15,061 nt of DNA, taken from positions 1 to 15,061 of the forward strand of contig DXJO01000003.1 in the NCBI GenBank assembly GCA_019057475.1, written 5' to 3'. The notes beneath the pieces are model-generated. The model searched no databases. It was not told where the DNA came from and saw nothing but the letters and a program-made list of their open reading frames with translations. Both the position numbers and the translations under genes were made by a program. Source of the DNA: Candidatus Thorarchaeota archaeon. GTDB lineage: Archaea; Asgardarchaeota; Thorarchaeia; Thorarchaeales; Thorarchaeaceae. Positions 1 to 7,880 of this stretch are shown here, piece by piece (position 1 is the stretch's first letter; every line of letters starts with the position of its first letter).

Positions 1-105
1 GATGATGACAGACAAAGCCCCTGCTGACTCCAGCGGAGAATGGAGGATGGTGACATCTGGCAGGGGAAGGGTGGAACACAGGAGTTTCTTGCAGTTGAGT
101 GTCAC
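1..105 (-). CDS. Possible 5' end of a divergent gene running off the window, perhaps a family 2 glycosyltransferase
   Basis: GTG at 105 opens a stop-free frame to base 1 (MTLNCKKLLCSTLPLPDVTILHSPLESAGALSVII). The final LSVII resembles the first beta-strand of GT2 enzymes. A TATA-like TTATATAT lies about 40 nt upstream. Only 35 codons are visible. Confidence 0.25.
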   Translation of the reverse strand, partial: MTLNCKKLLCSTLPLPDVTILHSPLESAGALSVII

Positions 106-143
106 TCACATGAAATGTAAGAAATGGATTATCAGGACAATGG

Positions 144-153
144 TAATATATAA
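144..153. promoter_or_regulatory. TATA-like element between the divergent partial ORF and the acyltransferase gene
   Basis: TAATATATAA is the most AT-rich stretch in the 106-243 intergenic region and reads TATA-like on both strands. Confidence 0.4.
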
Positions 154-243
154 CGCATAACCGAGGCTAACTCCACAGACGATTCATCTTGATTGAAACC
201 TCGTATTGGGCCATTGGATTATGATGACTAGGAACGTGAAGAC

Positions 244-1728
244 ATGCATCAGACATACATAAACAGGAATGCCTACGCGCTGGCCGTCTGGATTGTGCTA
301 CCATTCATAACAATGGTACTGGGCATCCTCTGGCAGCAATACGTGCACTCCCTGATGGATGCCTATGCGTCATACGCCATAGAATCATTGGTGCTAATCC
401 TGCTCATTCTGCTTGTGTCGCGGGTATTCTTCAGAAACATAAACTCGGAATACAATGGCCGAGTTCTATTTCGGATTGGATTCATTTGGGCGATTCTCTT
501 CTTCGCATTCAATCTGGTGTACGGACTCTACTTTCTTGCCCTTCCACTGGATGGCGTATTATCCGACTATGATGCATTTGCAGGTCGTTTCGGCCTTATC
601 GTGCTGCTTGTGGTTTTCCTCTGTCCACGTTTCTTCGGACGAATTCCTGAGGACGACCCAGATCTAACTAGTATGCCCATTGGCAAAATGGCGACTGTTG
701 GTTTACTTCCATCAGGAATCAAGATAGCATACTATAGGCGGAAAGGCGCTGAGATAGGTGAGGGCGTTTCAATGGGCCTGCTCTCGATTCTTGAGTGCAA
801 GAAGGTAGTGATTGGAGATCATGCAAAGATAGGGATGGCATGCATGATCAGAGCGAACGAGTTCCATCTTGGTAGATACTCAAAACTTGGAATGCTCGTG
901 ATTATCGATACACACAAGGTAATAATCGGAGAAGAAGTCACGATACAGGAACAGGTCTACATCGGAGGCCTGAAGACTGACAAATCAGTCATTGAAATCG
1001 GAGATCTATCCATGGTATTTTCGGGTAGTGTGCTGAACCCCACGCATCCAATCAAGATTGGCAAGAGAGTTGGTATTGGAGGCTACAACTACCTCTTTAC
1101 TCATGGCACATGGCAACCCATTCTGGATGGATTTCCAGTAGCCTTTGGGCCAATCACGATTGAAGATGGTGTCTGGTTTCCATGGCGAGTGTTCGTGCTA
1201 CCTAATGTGCACATAGGCAAAGAAGCCACCATTGGCGCAGGCGCTGTTGTGAACAAGGATGTTCCTGCACGCGCTCTTGCTGCAGGAGTTCCCGCAAAGG
1301 TACTTCGAAGAGATGATGAGTACATCAAGAGGCTCACGGACGCAGAAAAGCGCGAGATTCTGAGGAATGTACTAGTTGACCTAGTTGGTTATCTTAGAAT
1401 CGAAGACTGGATCATTGAAGACCCCAAGATTGAGGAGAGCTACGCGGCCGCCATGTTCAGAACTCCTAAGGGCCCCTCATCAAAGGTTGATAACCACATT
1501 CTGTTCATGTTTGAGAATACAGATGATGTATGGAGTCTAGTGAAGGATAGGACTCTAGTGGTGTCACTCTTTGCCCTTGATGAAACACAAAGGAAGCGGT
1601 TAGAGGAAGAAAGCAGCTGGTGGTTTGACCTCGAAACCAGCGAATGGGGTGGACTACATACAAATGTAAGCGTCATGATGAGCGGTTTCCTGAGCAGATA
1701 CGGTCACTGGCTCAAGTACATGTCCTAG
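244..1728 (+). CDS. Membrane-anchored hexapeptide-repeat (left-handed beta-helix) O-acyltransferase: N-terminal ~4-TM domain, LbH domain and unknown C-terminal domain
   Basis: 494-aa ORF. The first ~133 aa have four hydrophobic segments. Hexapeptide repeats follow (IGEGVS, IGDHAK, IGEEVT, IGKRVG), then FTHG and the maltose/WcaF-type end IGAGAVVNKDVPARALAAGVPAKVLR. Confidence 0.8.
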   Translation: MHQTYINRNAYALAVWIVLPFITMVLGILWQQYVHSLMDAYASYAIESLVLILLILLVSRVFFRNINSEYNGRVLFRIGFIWAILFFAFNLVYGLYFLALPLDGVLSDYDAFAGRFGLIVLLVVFLCPRFFGRIPEDDPDLTSMPIGKMATVGLLPSGIKIAYYRRKGAEIGEGVSMGLLSILECKKVVIGDHAKIGMACMIRANEFHLGRYSKLGMLVIIDTHKVIIGEEVTIQEQVYIGGLKTDKSVIEIGDLSMVFSGSVLNPTHPIKIGKRVGIGGYNYLFTHGTWQPILDGFPVAFGPITIEDGVWFPWRVFVLPNVHIGKEATIGAGAVVNKDVPARALAAGVPAKVLRRDDEYIKRLTDAEKREILRNVLVDLVGYLRIEDWIIEDPKIEESYAAAMFRTPKGPSSKVDNHILFMFENTDDVWSLVKDRTLVVSLFALDETQRKRLEEESSWWFDLETSEWGGLHTNVSVMMSGFLSRYGHWLKYMS

Positions 1729-1746
1729 ATTGATGGTGGAAAGAGC

Positions 1747-2772
1747 TTGAAAATCTCAAAGAGTGACTACTACAGGAATGAGATGGACATACCCTACGAC
1801 CCCGGCATAGGATTTCAGATTGGGATGAACCTAAATCTGATTCAGTACATCCCGTACCAAGTTCGGGATAAGTTTGTTTCACTCGTTTCCATCATGGGAA
1901 ATCGGTCTTCAGGTGCGCCGAGGAGGTCATTCCCGATAGACGACCTTGCGGACAGGTTGGATCCCAGCACTGAGGAGAAGAGAGAATTCTGGGACAAAGA
2001 CTTTGGTGTATTGATGACTCATGATGTGGATACACGCCTTGGCTATAATTACGGACTTGCCAAGTTTGTTGAGATTGAGAAGCAGATGAACTTCGTTTCC
2101 ACGTTCAATATTGTACCCAAGTCCTATGAATACGAGGTTTCAAAGCAGCTAGTGAAATCACTATTAGATGATGGTTTTGATGTGGGCATTCATGGCCTTC
2201 ATCATGACGGGAAGTTCGCATATCTGACACCATCAGAGCAGAGGGAACGAATCAAAGAGGCTGCTTCCATTGGAACTAGATTGGGTGTGTCAGTTCTTGG
2301 ATATCGAGCACCTCTACTACATCGCACCAAGCAGATGGTGCGGATCTTGACTGAGGAGGGATTTCACTGGGACTCCTCTTTTCCCGATACCGATGCATCA
2401 ACAACCGGCTACGCCTCTACTGGGAGCAGAACAATCTTTCCGTTTTATCCGCTGTACTTCAACGGAACTGAATGGCAAAGAAGCGGCATGTTGGAATTCC
2501 CAGTTTCAATGCCTCAGGACTGGACTCTACTCTACTACTATCGCCTTTCAGAGCAATCCATGCTGAAGGTCTGGAAAAAGAAATTAGACTACATCAAATC
2601 CAGAGGGGGTCTCGCAGTGTTCGTGATTCATCCGGATCAAGAGGACTTCGGTCATCCGAAGCACCACAAGGCGTACAGAGAATTGCTGTCCATCATCATC
2701 GAGGCGGACCCCGAGATTCTCACGTCAGCAGAGCTTTCAAAGAGATGGAAAGCCAAGTTCCCTTCAGCCTAA
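1747..2772 (+). CDS. Polysaccharide deacetylase (CE4/NodB-like)
   Basis: Motifs THDVD, HGLHHD, YRAP, WDSS and HPD occur in CE4 order. TTG start preceded by SD-like GGTGGA. Confidence 0.85.
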   Translation: MKISKSDYYRNEMDIPYDPGIGFQIGMNLNLIQYIPYQVRDKFVSLVSIMGNRSSGAPRRSFPIDDLADRLDPSTEEKREFWDKDFGVLMTHDVDTRLGYNYGLAKFVEIEKQMNFVSTFNIVPKSYEYEVSKQLVKSLLDDGFDVGIHGLHHDGKFAYLTPSEQRERIKEAASIGTRLGVSVLGYRAPLLHRTKQMVRILTEEGFHWDSSFPDTDASTTGYASTGSRTIFPFYPLYFNGTEWQRSGMLEFPVSMPQDWTLLYYYRLSEQSMLKVWKKKLDYIKSRGGLAVFVIHPDQEDFGHPKHHKAYRELLSIIIEADPEILTSAELSKRWKAKFPSA

Positions 2773-4736
2773 CCCAGGTAGGTGGGGCATGGCCAGTTAT
2801 CACACTTCAGACAGTTAACGCATTTCTCTGGGTCAACTGACACCTTGCCTTCGTCCAAGTTCAGAGCTCCGTGTTCACACTGAGGTATGCACGATCCGCA
2901 GGCCTGACAGAATACTGCTCTCTGCACGGCACGACCGATTTGGCCCGCTAGCCGCTCAATTGATTTTTCATCATTCCCTCTGACGACAAGAGAGCCGGAG
3001 CTGAACATCGTGATTGAGTTCTCTCCAGACTTAGTCCTCAATGCGCCAAGGCTCTCAGAAACTTTCGTGCTGCCGAAGATGGGCATGACTCTTGATACCC
3101 GGGTGAGGTCTACTCCCGCAGAGAATTGTCCCTCCAGGCTGGAACCTGAGTCTTTGCATGGTGACACACCTTTCACAATGTTAAGGTTCAACTGATCCTT
3201 GGGTCCTGCTCGAGTGCTCCTTATATCGAGTCCAAGATTGTCGGCCAGGTTCTGTTGGCCCTGAGGAAGGTTCTTCCAACGCCAGAAACCATGTTCCGCC
3301 CATCCATCTGCAAACCCGTATCGTTTCGCCCAAGTCCTAAGCTTCTCATTCCATCGCTCGAAGAGGGCAGGATGGGTTTCACGTATGCTTTCCAACTCGG
3401 CCAGAGGGGAAGAGGGACAGAGGTAACACCCCATTCTGTGATATCCTCTGTTGTAAAGGGGGTTGAATGGCGCATTCTCCTTGAAGATGTACAGCCAGAC
3501 TTCTAGAGCGTTCCACTTCTGAATCGGATTAGCGGACTTCTGACCGGGCACCCAAGGGTTGGAAGATACGCGGGATTCCTGAGATCTTTGGAATGATTCT
3601 AGTTTCCTCTGCCCCATGAAGGTGAGGACACGTCCGCCCAGCTTCTCTGCTATCGACTTAGCTGCGGGGCCCAGCTTCAGGACCTTGCAGCACCAGCGAA
3701 AGTCTCGCGCGGGGGGACCAAAGACATCAACGGATTCCCAGAACTGTTCTCCCGAATCATGACCTATGATTGTAGCATTGTGGGCTTCTGCAAACTCCTC
3801 GATATGGCGAATTGTTTCAGGAAACTCCAAGCCGGTGTTCACGAAGAACATGGGCGGACTGAATCCCAGAGCCTTCTCAACAAGAAGATAGACCACGAGT
3901 GAGTCTTTGCCCCCGCTGAACCCCACGACCATCGGCGCATCCTCTCTCTGAGCCGTGCGCTTGATGAAATTGGTAGCTTCTTCTTCAATCAAAATCAGGT
4001 CATTCTCATTAGCCTGCACAGCGTCGTCCCATGATGATGTCTTGGGATTGATGTTTGGGGCACTGGCGTCAGCAACATCGCGCATCTTGACTGCGTAACC
4101 CTTCTCCTTGCGCGCCATGTCCAAGCCGCTCATTCTTGCAATTCCTACGCCAACAACGACTCCATCCGAATCCAGAAGCATAACTTCATCATTTTTCTTG
4201 ATTCCTGAGTCGCAACCAGCCACCCCCGGGACCATGAGGTTAGCTCCATCCTTGAGAAACTTCAATACCCCATCGTGAAGCGAAACCCACTTCTCCCTCG
4301 TGAGCACCCCTATCCGTCGACCTCCCTCGAGTGTGAGCAGAAAGGTGTAATTGTGTTCTGGAATATCGAATCGCAGTCGGCCCACAATATGCCCATCGAC
4401 CACTACTTCATACATTGCGTCCAAGGATGATACCTTGTTCATCACGATAGTCTTGTCAGGAGGGAGAACTCTCTCACCAATGCCTTCACCGAATTGGCGA
4501 TCTATCGCTAGGAAGGTACGCTCAAGGTGACCGTCCATTGCGGGGAATGGGTCACCCGGGGGGGAGATGTTGACTTTTCGAGGCGTCGACTTGCAGATAC
4601 TACATTCTGTATCCTCGAATCGTGGAACATTGCACTCATCACACCAAAACAACCGTATCTTGCCTAGATATGGTGCATGTCCTCTGCGAAACTTCCTTCT
4701 TCTACGGCTCGTCCTACCCAGTTGTATCAGCCCCAT
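2769..4736 (-). CDS. PAPS/APS-reductase-family protein with N-terminal Zn ribbon, PUA domain and C-terminal 2x[4Fe-4S] ferredoxin domain
   Basis: CDECNVP..CSIC; PUA-like DGANLMVPGV..GVGIARM; PP-loop FSGGKDS; RWCCKVLK and RMGCYLCP Fe-S ligands; CQACGSCIPQC..CVNCLKC..C. Its stop overlaps the deacetylase stop by 4 nt. Confidence 0.85.
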   Translation of the reverse strand: MGLIQLGRTSRRRRKFRRGHAPYLGKIRLFWCDECNVPRFEDTECSICKSTPRKVNISPPGDPFPAMDGHLERTFLAIDRQFGEGIGERVLPPDKTIVMNKVSSLDAMYEVVVDGHIVGRLRFDIPEHNYTFLLTLEGGRRIGVLTREKWVSLHDGVLKFLKDGANLMVPGVAGCDSGIKKNDEVMLLDSDGVVVGVGIARMSGLDMARKEKGYAVKMRDVADASAPNINPKTSSWDDAVQANENDLILIEEEATNFIKRTAQREDAPMVVGFSGGKDSLVVYLLVEKALGFSPPMFFVNTGLEFPETIRHIEEFAEAHNATIIGHDSGEQFWESVDVFGPPARDFRWCCKVLKLGPAAKSIAEKLGGRVLTFMGQRKLESFQRSQESRVSSNPWVPGQKSANPIQKWNALEVWLYIFKENAPFNPLYNRGYHRMGCYLCPSSPLAELESIRETHPALFERWNEKLRTWAKRYGFADGWAEHGFWRWKNLPQGQQNLADNLGLDIRSTRAGPKDQLNLNIVKGVSPCKDSGSSLEGQFSAGVDLTRVSRVMPIFGSTKVSESLGALRTKSGENSITMFSSGSLVVRGNDEKSIERLAGQIGRAVQRAVFCQACGSCIPQCEHGALNLDEGKVSVDPEKCVNCLKCDNWPCPTYLG

Positions 4737-4743
4737 TCAGGCT

Positions 4744-6531
4744 TTAGGATTTTGGAATATCGAGCTTCTTGAGGGTATTCTTAGTGGGTTGACCTGCCTT
4801 GTCCCAGCCCCTCAGCACATAGTACTTTGTGAGCATCTCCTCGAGATGAACCACGCGATTGCGAGAACCCCCTTCAGGAAGAGCCGTGGAGAATCTTTCT
4901 GGTAACCTATCATCCTCTGCAGTAAGACCCTCGCGGAGGTTGAAGAGGCGCTCTATATTCCAGATTCGTTCACCAATGGCGAGTAAGGTGGAGCCATCTA
5001 TTGGCAGCCCAGTGCAGGCAGCTGCCATATCAGCGTAATCATCAACTGTCCAAGCGAAGTTTGTAAAACGACAGACCACCAAGGAATCCATTGCCGCAGA
5101 GAGATTCTGGAAGAGAATGACAAGGTCTGGCTTTCCTTCAGTTGTGTCGCGGTCGATTCGGACAGGGGAGCCCATTATCTCTGGACCAATCAAGTAGGAA
5201 CGTAGATGGCATCCTCCACGGTTAGATGTTGCGTACCCAAGAGCGTGGCCTTGAGCTCCTCTCGGATCATATGCGGGAATTTCAAGCCCCTTAACATGCA
5301 TAGCAAGCTCAGGTGCACCGTAGCGTGATGCAAGAGTACGGGAACCCTCACCCAATTCTGCACCTAGACCTCGTGCAAGCGCAATATCCTCAATCAGGTC
5401 GAGGATACCTGTCGTGTCACCAAACTTGAGAGGTGCCTTCATCTTGCCCTTCTGAACAAGCTCCATGGCACAACCAATAGTGCTTCCTACCGATATTGTG
5501 TCAACACCCATTAGGTTGCAGCGGTGATTCACCATCGCAATCCATTCTAGGTCGTTAATACCGCACTGAGGACCAAAGGCCCAAATCGTTTCGTACTCTG
5601 GACCTCCAACCTCTTGACCATAGGCCGTACTGACGCGCCCACAACCAATGGGACATCCGTAGCAGTTGTAACGCTTTACCGAGAGGCGCTCCAAAAGCTT
5701 CTCGCCTGACACTGCCACAGCATCATTGAAGTTCCCCTCCTGGAAGTTAAAGGTTGGGAGCATACCAAACTCGTTTGTAACATTCACCAAGACTGCGGTT
5801 CCGTAGACTGGAAGTGCCTTGTTTGTGACTGGATTCTTCTTAATGAGACGTCTTGCACGCTTCACGGCATCGTTCAGTCGATCAGTATCATCTACAGCCA
5901 CGTCACCGGTTCCTCGGACGACAACAGCCTTCAACTTCTTGGACCCCATCACTGCGCCAACACCGCCGCGTCCAGCGGCCCTATGCAGGTCGGTCATGAT
6001 TGCAGCGAGCTTGACTTGGTTCTCGCCTGCAGGCCCTATGCATGCAACCTGAGCCTTGGAGTCGGTTTCTTTGAGAAGACCCTCAGTAGTCACAGCAGTG
6101 TCTTTTCCCCATAGTTTCGAAGCGTCCCTCAACTCCACCTCGCCATCATTAATCCAAAGATAGACTGGTGAGGATGAAGCACCCTCAAAAACGACAGCAA
6201 TGTAGCCAGCCTTTCGCAGCTGAGCACCGAAGTAACCACCTGCATGTGAGTCGAAGATGGTGCCTGTCAACGGGGACTTAGTAACCACAACAAAGCGTCC
6301 AGCAGTAGGGACTGATGTCGCAGTCATTGGACCCACAGAAAAGATGAGCCAATTATCCGGGGACAGTGGGTCGATCCCCGGAAGCAGATTCTCATAGAGG
6401 AGTTTCACTCCGAAACCTCGTCCCCCAAGATAATGCGCAAAATCGTCAGAGGAGATCTGTTCCCGGCGAATGGAACCATCAGTCAGTGACACACGAAGAA
6501 TCGCGGCATTGGTATAGGTTTGCTTTGACAA
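4744..6531 (-). CDS. aor: Aldehyde:ferredoxin oxidoreductase family (W/Mo-pterin) enzyme
   Basis: SPLTG..DSHAGG, GPAGEN, GRGGVGAVMGSKKLK, CYGCPIGC, GPEYET, GVDTIS, YDPR, NRGGCH, YYVLRGWD. TTG start with AGGAGG overlapping the deoC stop. Confidence 0.93.
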   Translation of the reverse strand: MSKQTYTNAAILRVSLTDGSIRREQISSDDFAHYLGGRGFGVKLLYENLLPGIDPLSPDNWLIFSVGPMTATSVPTAGRFVVVTKSPLTGTIFDSHAGGYFGAQLRKAGYIAVVFEGASSSPVYLWINDGEVELRDASKLWGKDTAVTTEGLLKETDSKAQVACIGPAGENQVKLAAIMTDLHRAAGRGGVGAVMGSKKLKAVVVRGTGDVAVDDTDRLNDAVKRARRLIKKNPVTNKALPVYGTAVLVNVTNEFGMLPTFNFQEGNFNDAVAVSGEKLLERLSVKRYNCYGCPIGCGRVSTAYGQEVGGPEYETIWAFGPQCGINDLEWIAMVNHRCNLMGVDTISVGSTIGCAMELVQKGKMKAPLKFGDTTGILDLIEDIALARGLGAELGEGSRTLASRYGAPELAMHVKGLEIPAYDPRGAQGHALGYATSNRGGCHLRSYLIGPEIMGSPVRIDRDTTEGKPDLVILFQNLSAAMDSLVVCRFTNFAWTVDDYADMAAACTGLPIDGSTLLAIGERIWNIERLFNLREGLTAEDDRLPERFSTALPEGGSRNRVVHLEEMLTKYYVLRGWDKAGQPTKNTLKKLDIPKS

Positions 6532-6543
6532 ACAAGATTCCTC

Positions 6544-7365
6544 CTAGTCGTTGAAAACATTATGTTCACGGTGGGGACATGTGAGACATCGTTCCTTGTA
6601 CCAGAGATAGACCTCTTTGGGTTGCTTGGCCATACTGGCCTGACGGCTTGGGCAGTCCCAGCACGGTCTATCCGGTTGCATCCAAGCATTGCTATATTGG
6701 ATCCAACGAAAGTCTTCCACAATGGCAACTCCCGCGCTAGTCCCGAGACGGTTGGCGCCTGCATCAATCATCTTGATTGCATCCTTGAAGTTGCGGATGC
6801 CTCCAGCCGCTTTCACGCCCATGGAATCACCAACTGTTTTTCGCATGAGCCTTACATCGTGTGGAGTCGCACCCATAGGACCAAAGCCAGTTGATGTCTT
6901 GACGAAGTCTGCACCAGCCTCTTTCACTAACAAACATGCTTGACGCTTCTCGTCGTCAATCAGAAGACCGGTTTCTAGAATCACTTTCACATGCGCGTTT
7001 CCTGATGCTTCAACTACAGCCTCGATGTCTCTGCGGACAAAATCGTAGTTCTTATCGCGGAGTCCCCCAACGTTGATGACCATATCGATTTCATGAGCGC
7101 CTAAGCGGACGGCCTCCTTGGCTTCCATGGCCTTCACCTGTGTCAGAGTGGCACCTAAGGGGAATCCAATAACACAGCAGACCTTCACGGATGAATCCTT
7201 GAGTAGCTCGGCAGCATACTCAACATGTGTAGTATTGATGCACACGGCAGCAAACTCGTACAGGAGTGCCTCCTCACAGAGCTGCTTGATTTTGGATTGC
7301 TTTGCTTCAGGCTTTAGCACCGTATGGTCAATTGTCTTGGCCAGATCTTCAACTGTGAGGTCCAT
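6544..7365 (-). CDS. deoC: Deoxyribose-phosphate aldolase with an extra 54-aa Cys-rich C-terminal tail
   Basis: [27 protein letters not shown], catalytic [18 protein letters not shown] and RLGTS. GGAGG SD lies 7 nt upstream of the ATG. Confidence 0.95.
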   Translation of the reverse strand: MDLTVEDLAKTIDHTVLKPEAKQSKIKQLCEEALLYEFAAVCINTTHVEYAAELLKDSSVKVCCVIGFPLGATLTQVKAMEAKEAVRLGAHEIDMVINVGGLRDKNYDFVRRDIEAVVEASGNAHVKVILETGLLIDDEKRQACLLVKEAGADFVKTSTGFGPMGATPHDVRLMRKTVGDSMGVKAAGGIRNFKDAIKMIDAGANRLGTSAGVAIVEDFRWIQYSNAWMQPDRPCWDCPSRQASMAKQPKEVYLWYKERCLTCPHREHNVFND

Positions 7366-7372
7366 GAGAGTG

Positions 7373-7416
7373 CCTCCGGTTTTGGAAAACAGCTCTTACC
7401 GCTATTAATCCCTTCG
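7373..7416 (-). promoter_or_regulatory. Putative promoter and RBS of the deoC-aor operon
   Basis: The minus strand reads GAAGGG-ATTAATA (TATA-like at 7409-7403), followed by GGAGG at 7377-7373. Confidence 0.55.
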
Positions 7417-7437
7417 AAATGAAGAGATGCTGGACAG

Positions 7438-7773
7438 TCACCTCGAACCAAGATAGCTTCGGATGTCGTCTAGTACTTCTTTTTGAAGTCGCAAGACATC
7501 GTGAACCTCGATTTCTTCAGCATCCTTGACGACCGAGTTGAGCTGTACTACCGTTCCCACAGCGTCAATCCTTTCGAAATCAACGGGAAACTCAACTTCT
7601 GCGCCTTTCACTATGAGCTCAGAGCGGGTTGGATGGAGCCCGATTCTAATGCTCCTTACGATTCCGATTCTTCGCGCTCTATTATCAAGAACTTCTTTTC
7701 CTAGAAGACGACCGGGCATGCTCAGTTCGTAGAGCTCTGCTTCGATACTGGGCATGGACTCCTTGGTAGACAT
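7438..7773 (-). CDS. PRC-barrel domain protein (111 aa; start reassigned from 7839 to ATG 7773)
   Basis: LLGKEVLDNRARRIGIVRSIRI and VDFERIDAVGTVVQLN fit the PRC-barrel pattern. AAGGAG lies upstream of ATG 7773, and this start leaves room for a divergent promoter shared with hef. Confidence 0.7.
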   Translation of the reverse strand: MSTKESMPSIEAELYELSMPGRLLGKEVLDNRARRIGIVRSIRIGLHPTRSELIVKGAEVEFPVDFERIDAVGTVVQLNSVVKDAEEIEVHDVLRLQKEVLDDIRSYLGSR

Positions 7774-7880
7774 AACATCTCGACTCCTTGTTCTAGGTTG
7801 CAGAAGAAGTAGGAGGCTTTTTACAGTGAGTATTATCAATGAGTGCTGAATGGCGCTTCTGCCTATGTGAGGAAAGCCTG

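Noticed and set aside
5490-5520. AOR pterin-binding motif reads NLMGVD rather than DxxGLD
   Set aside because: As far as I recall, Asn at this position is a common variant in the family, and all Fe-S cysteines are intact.
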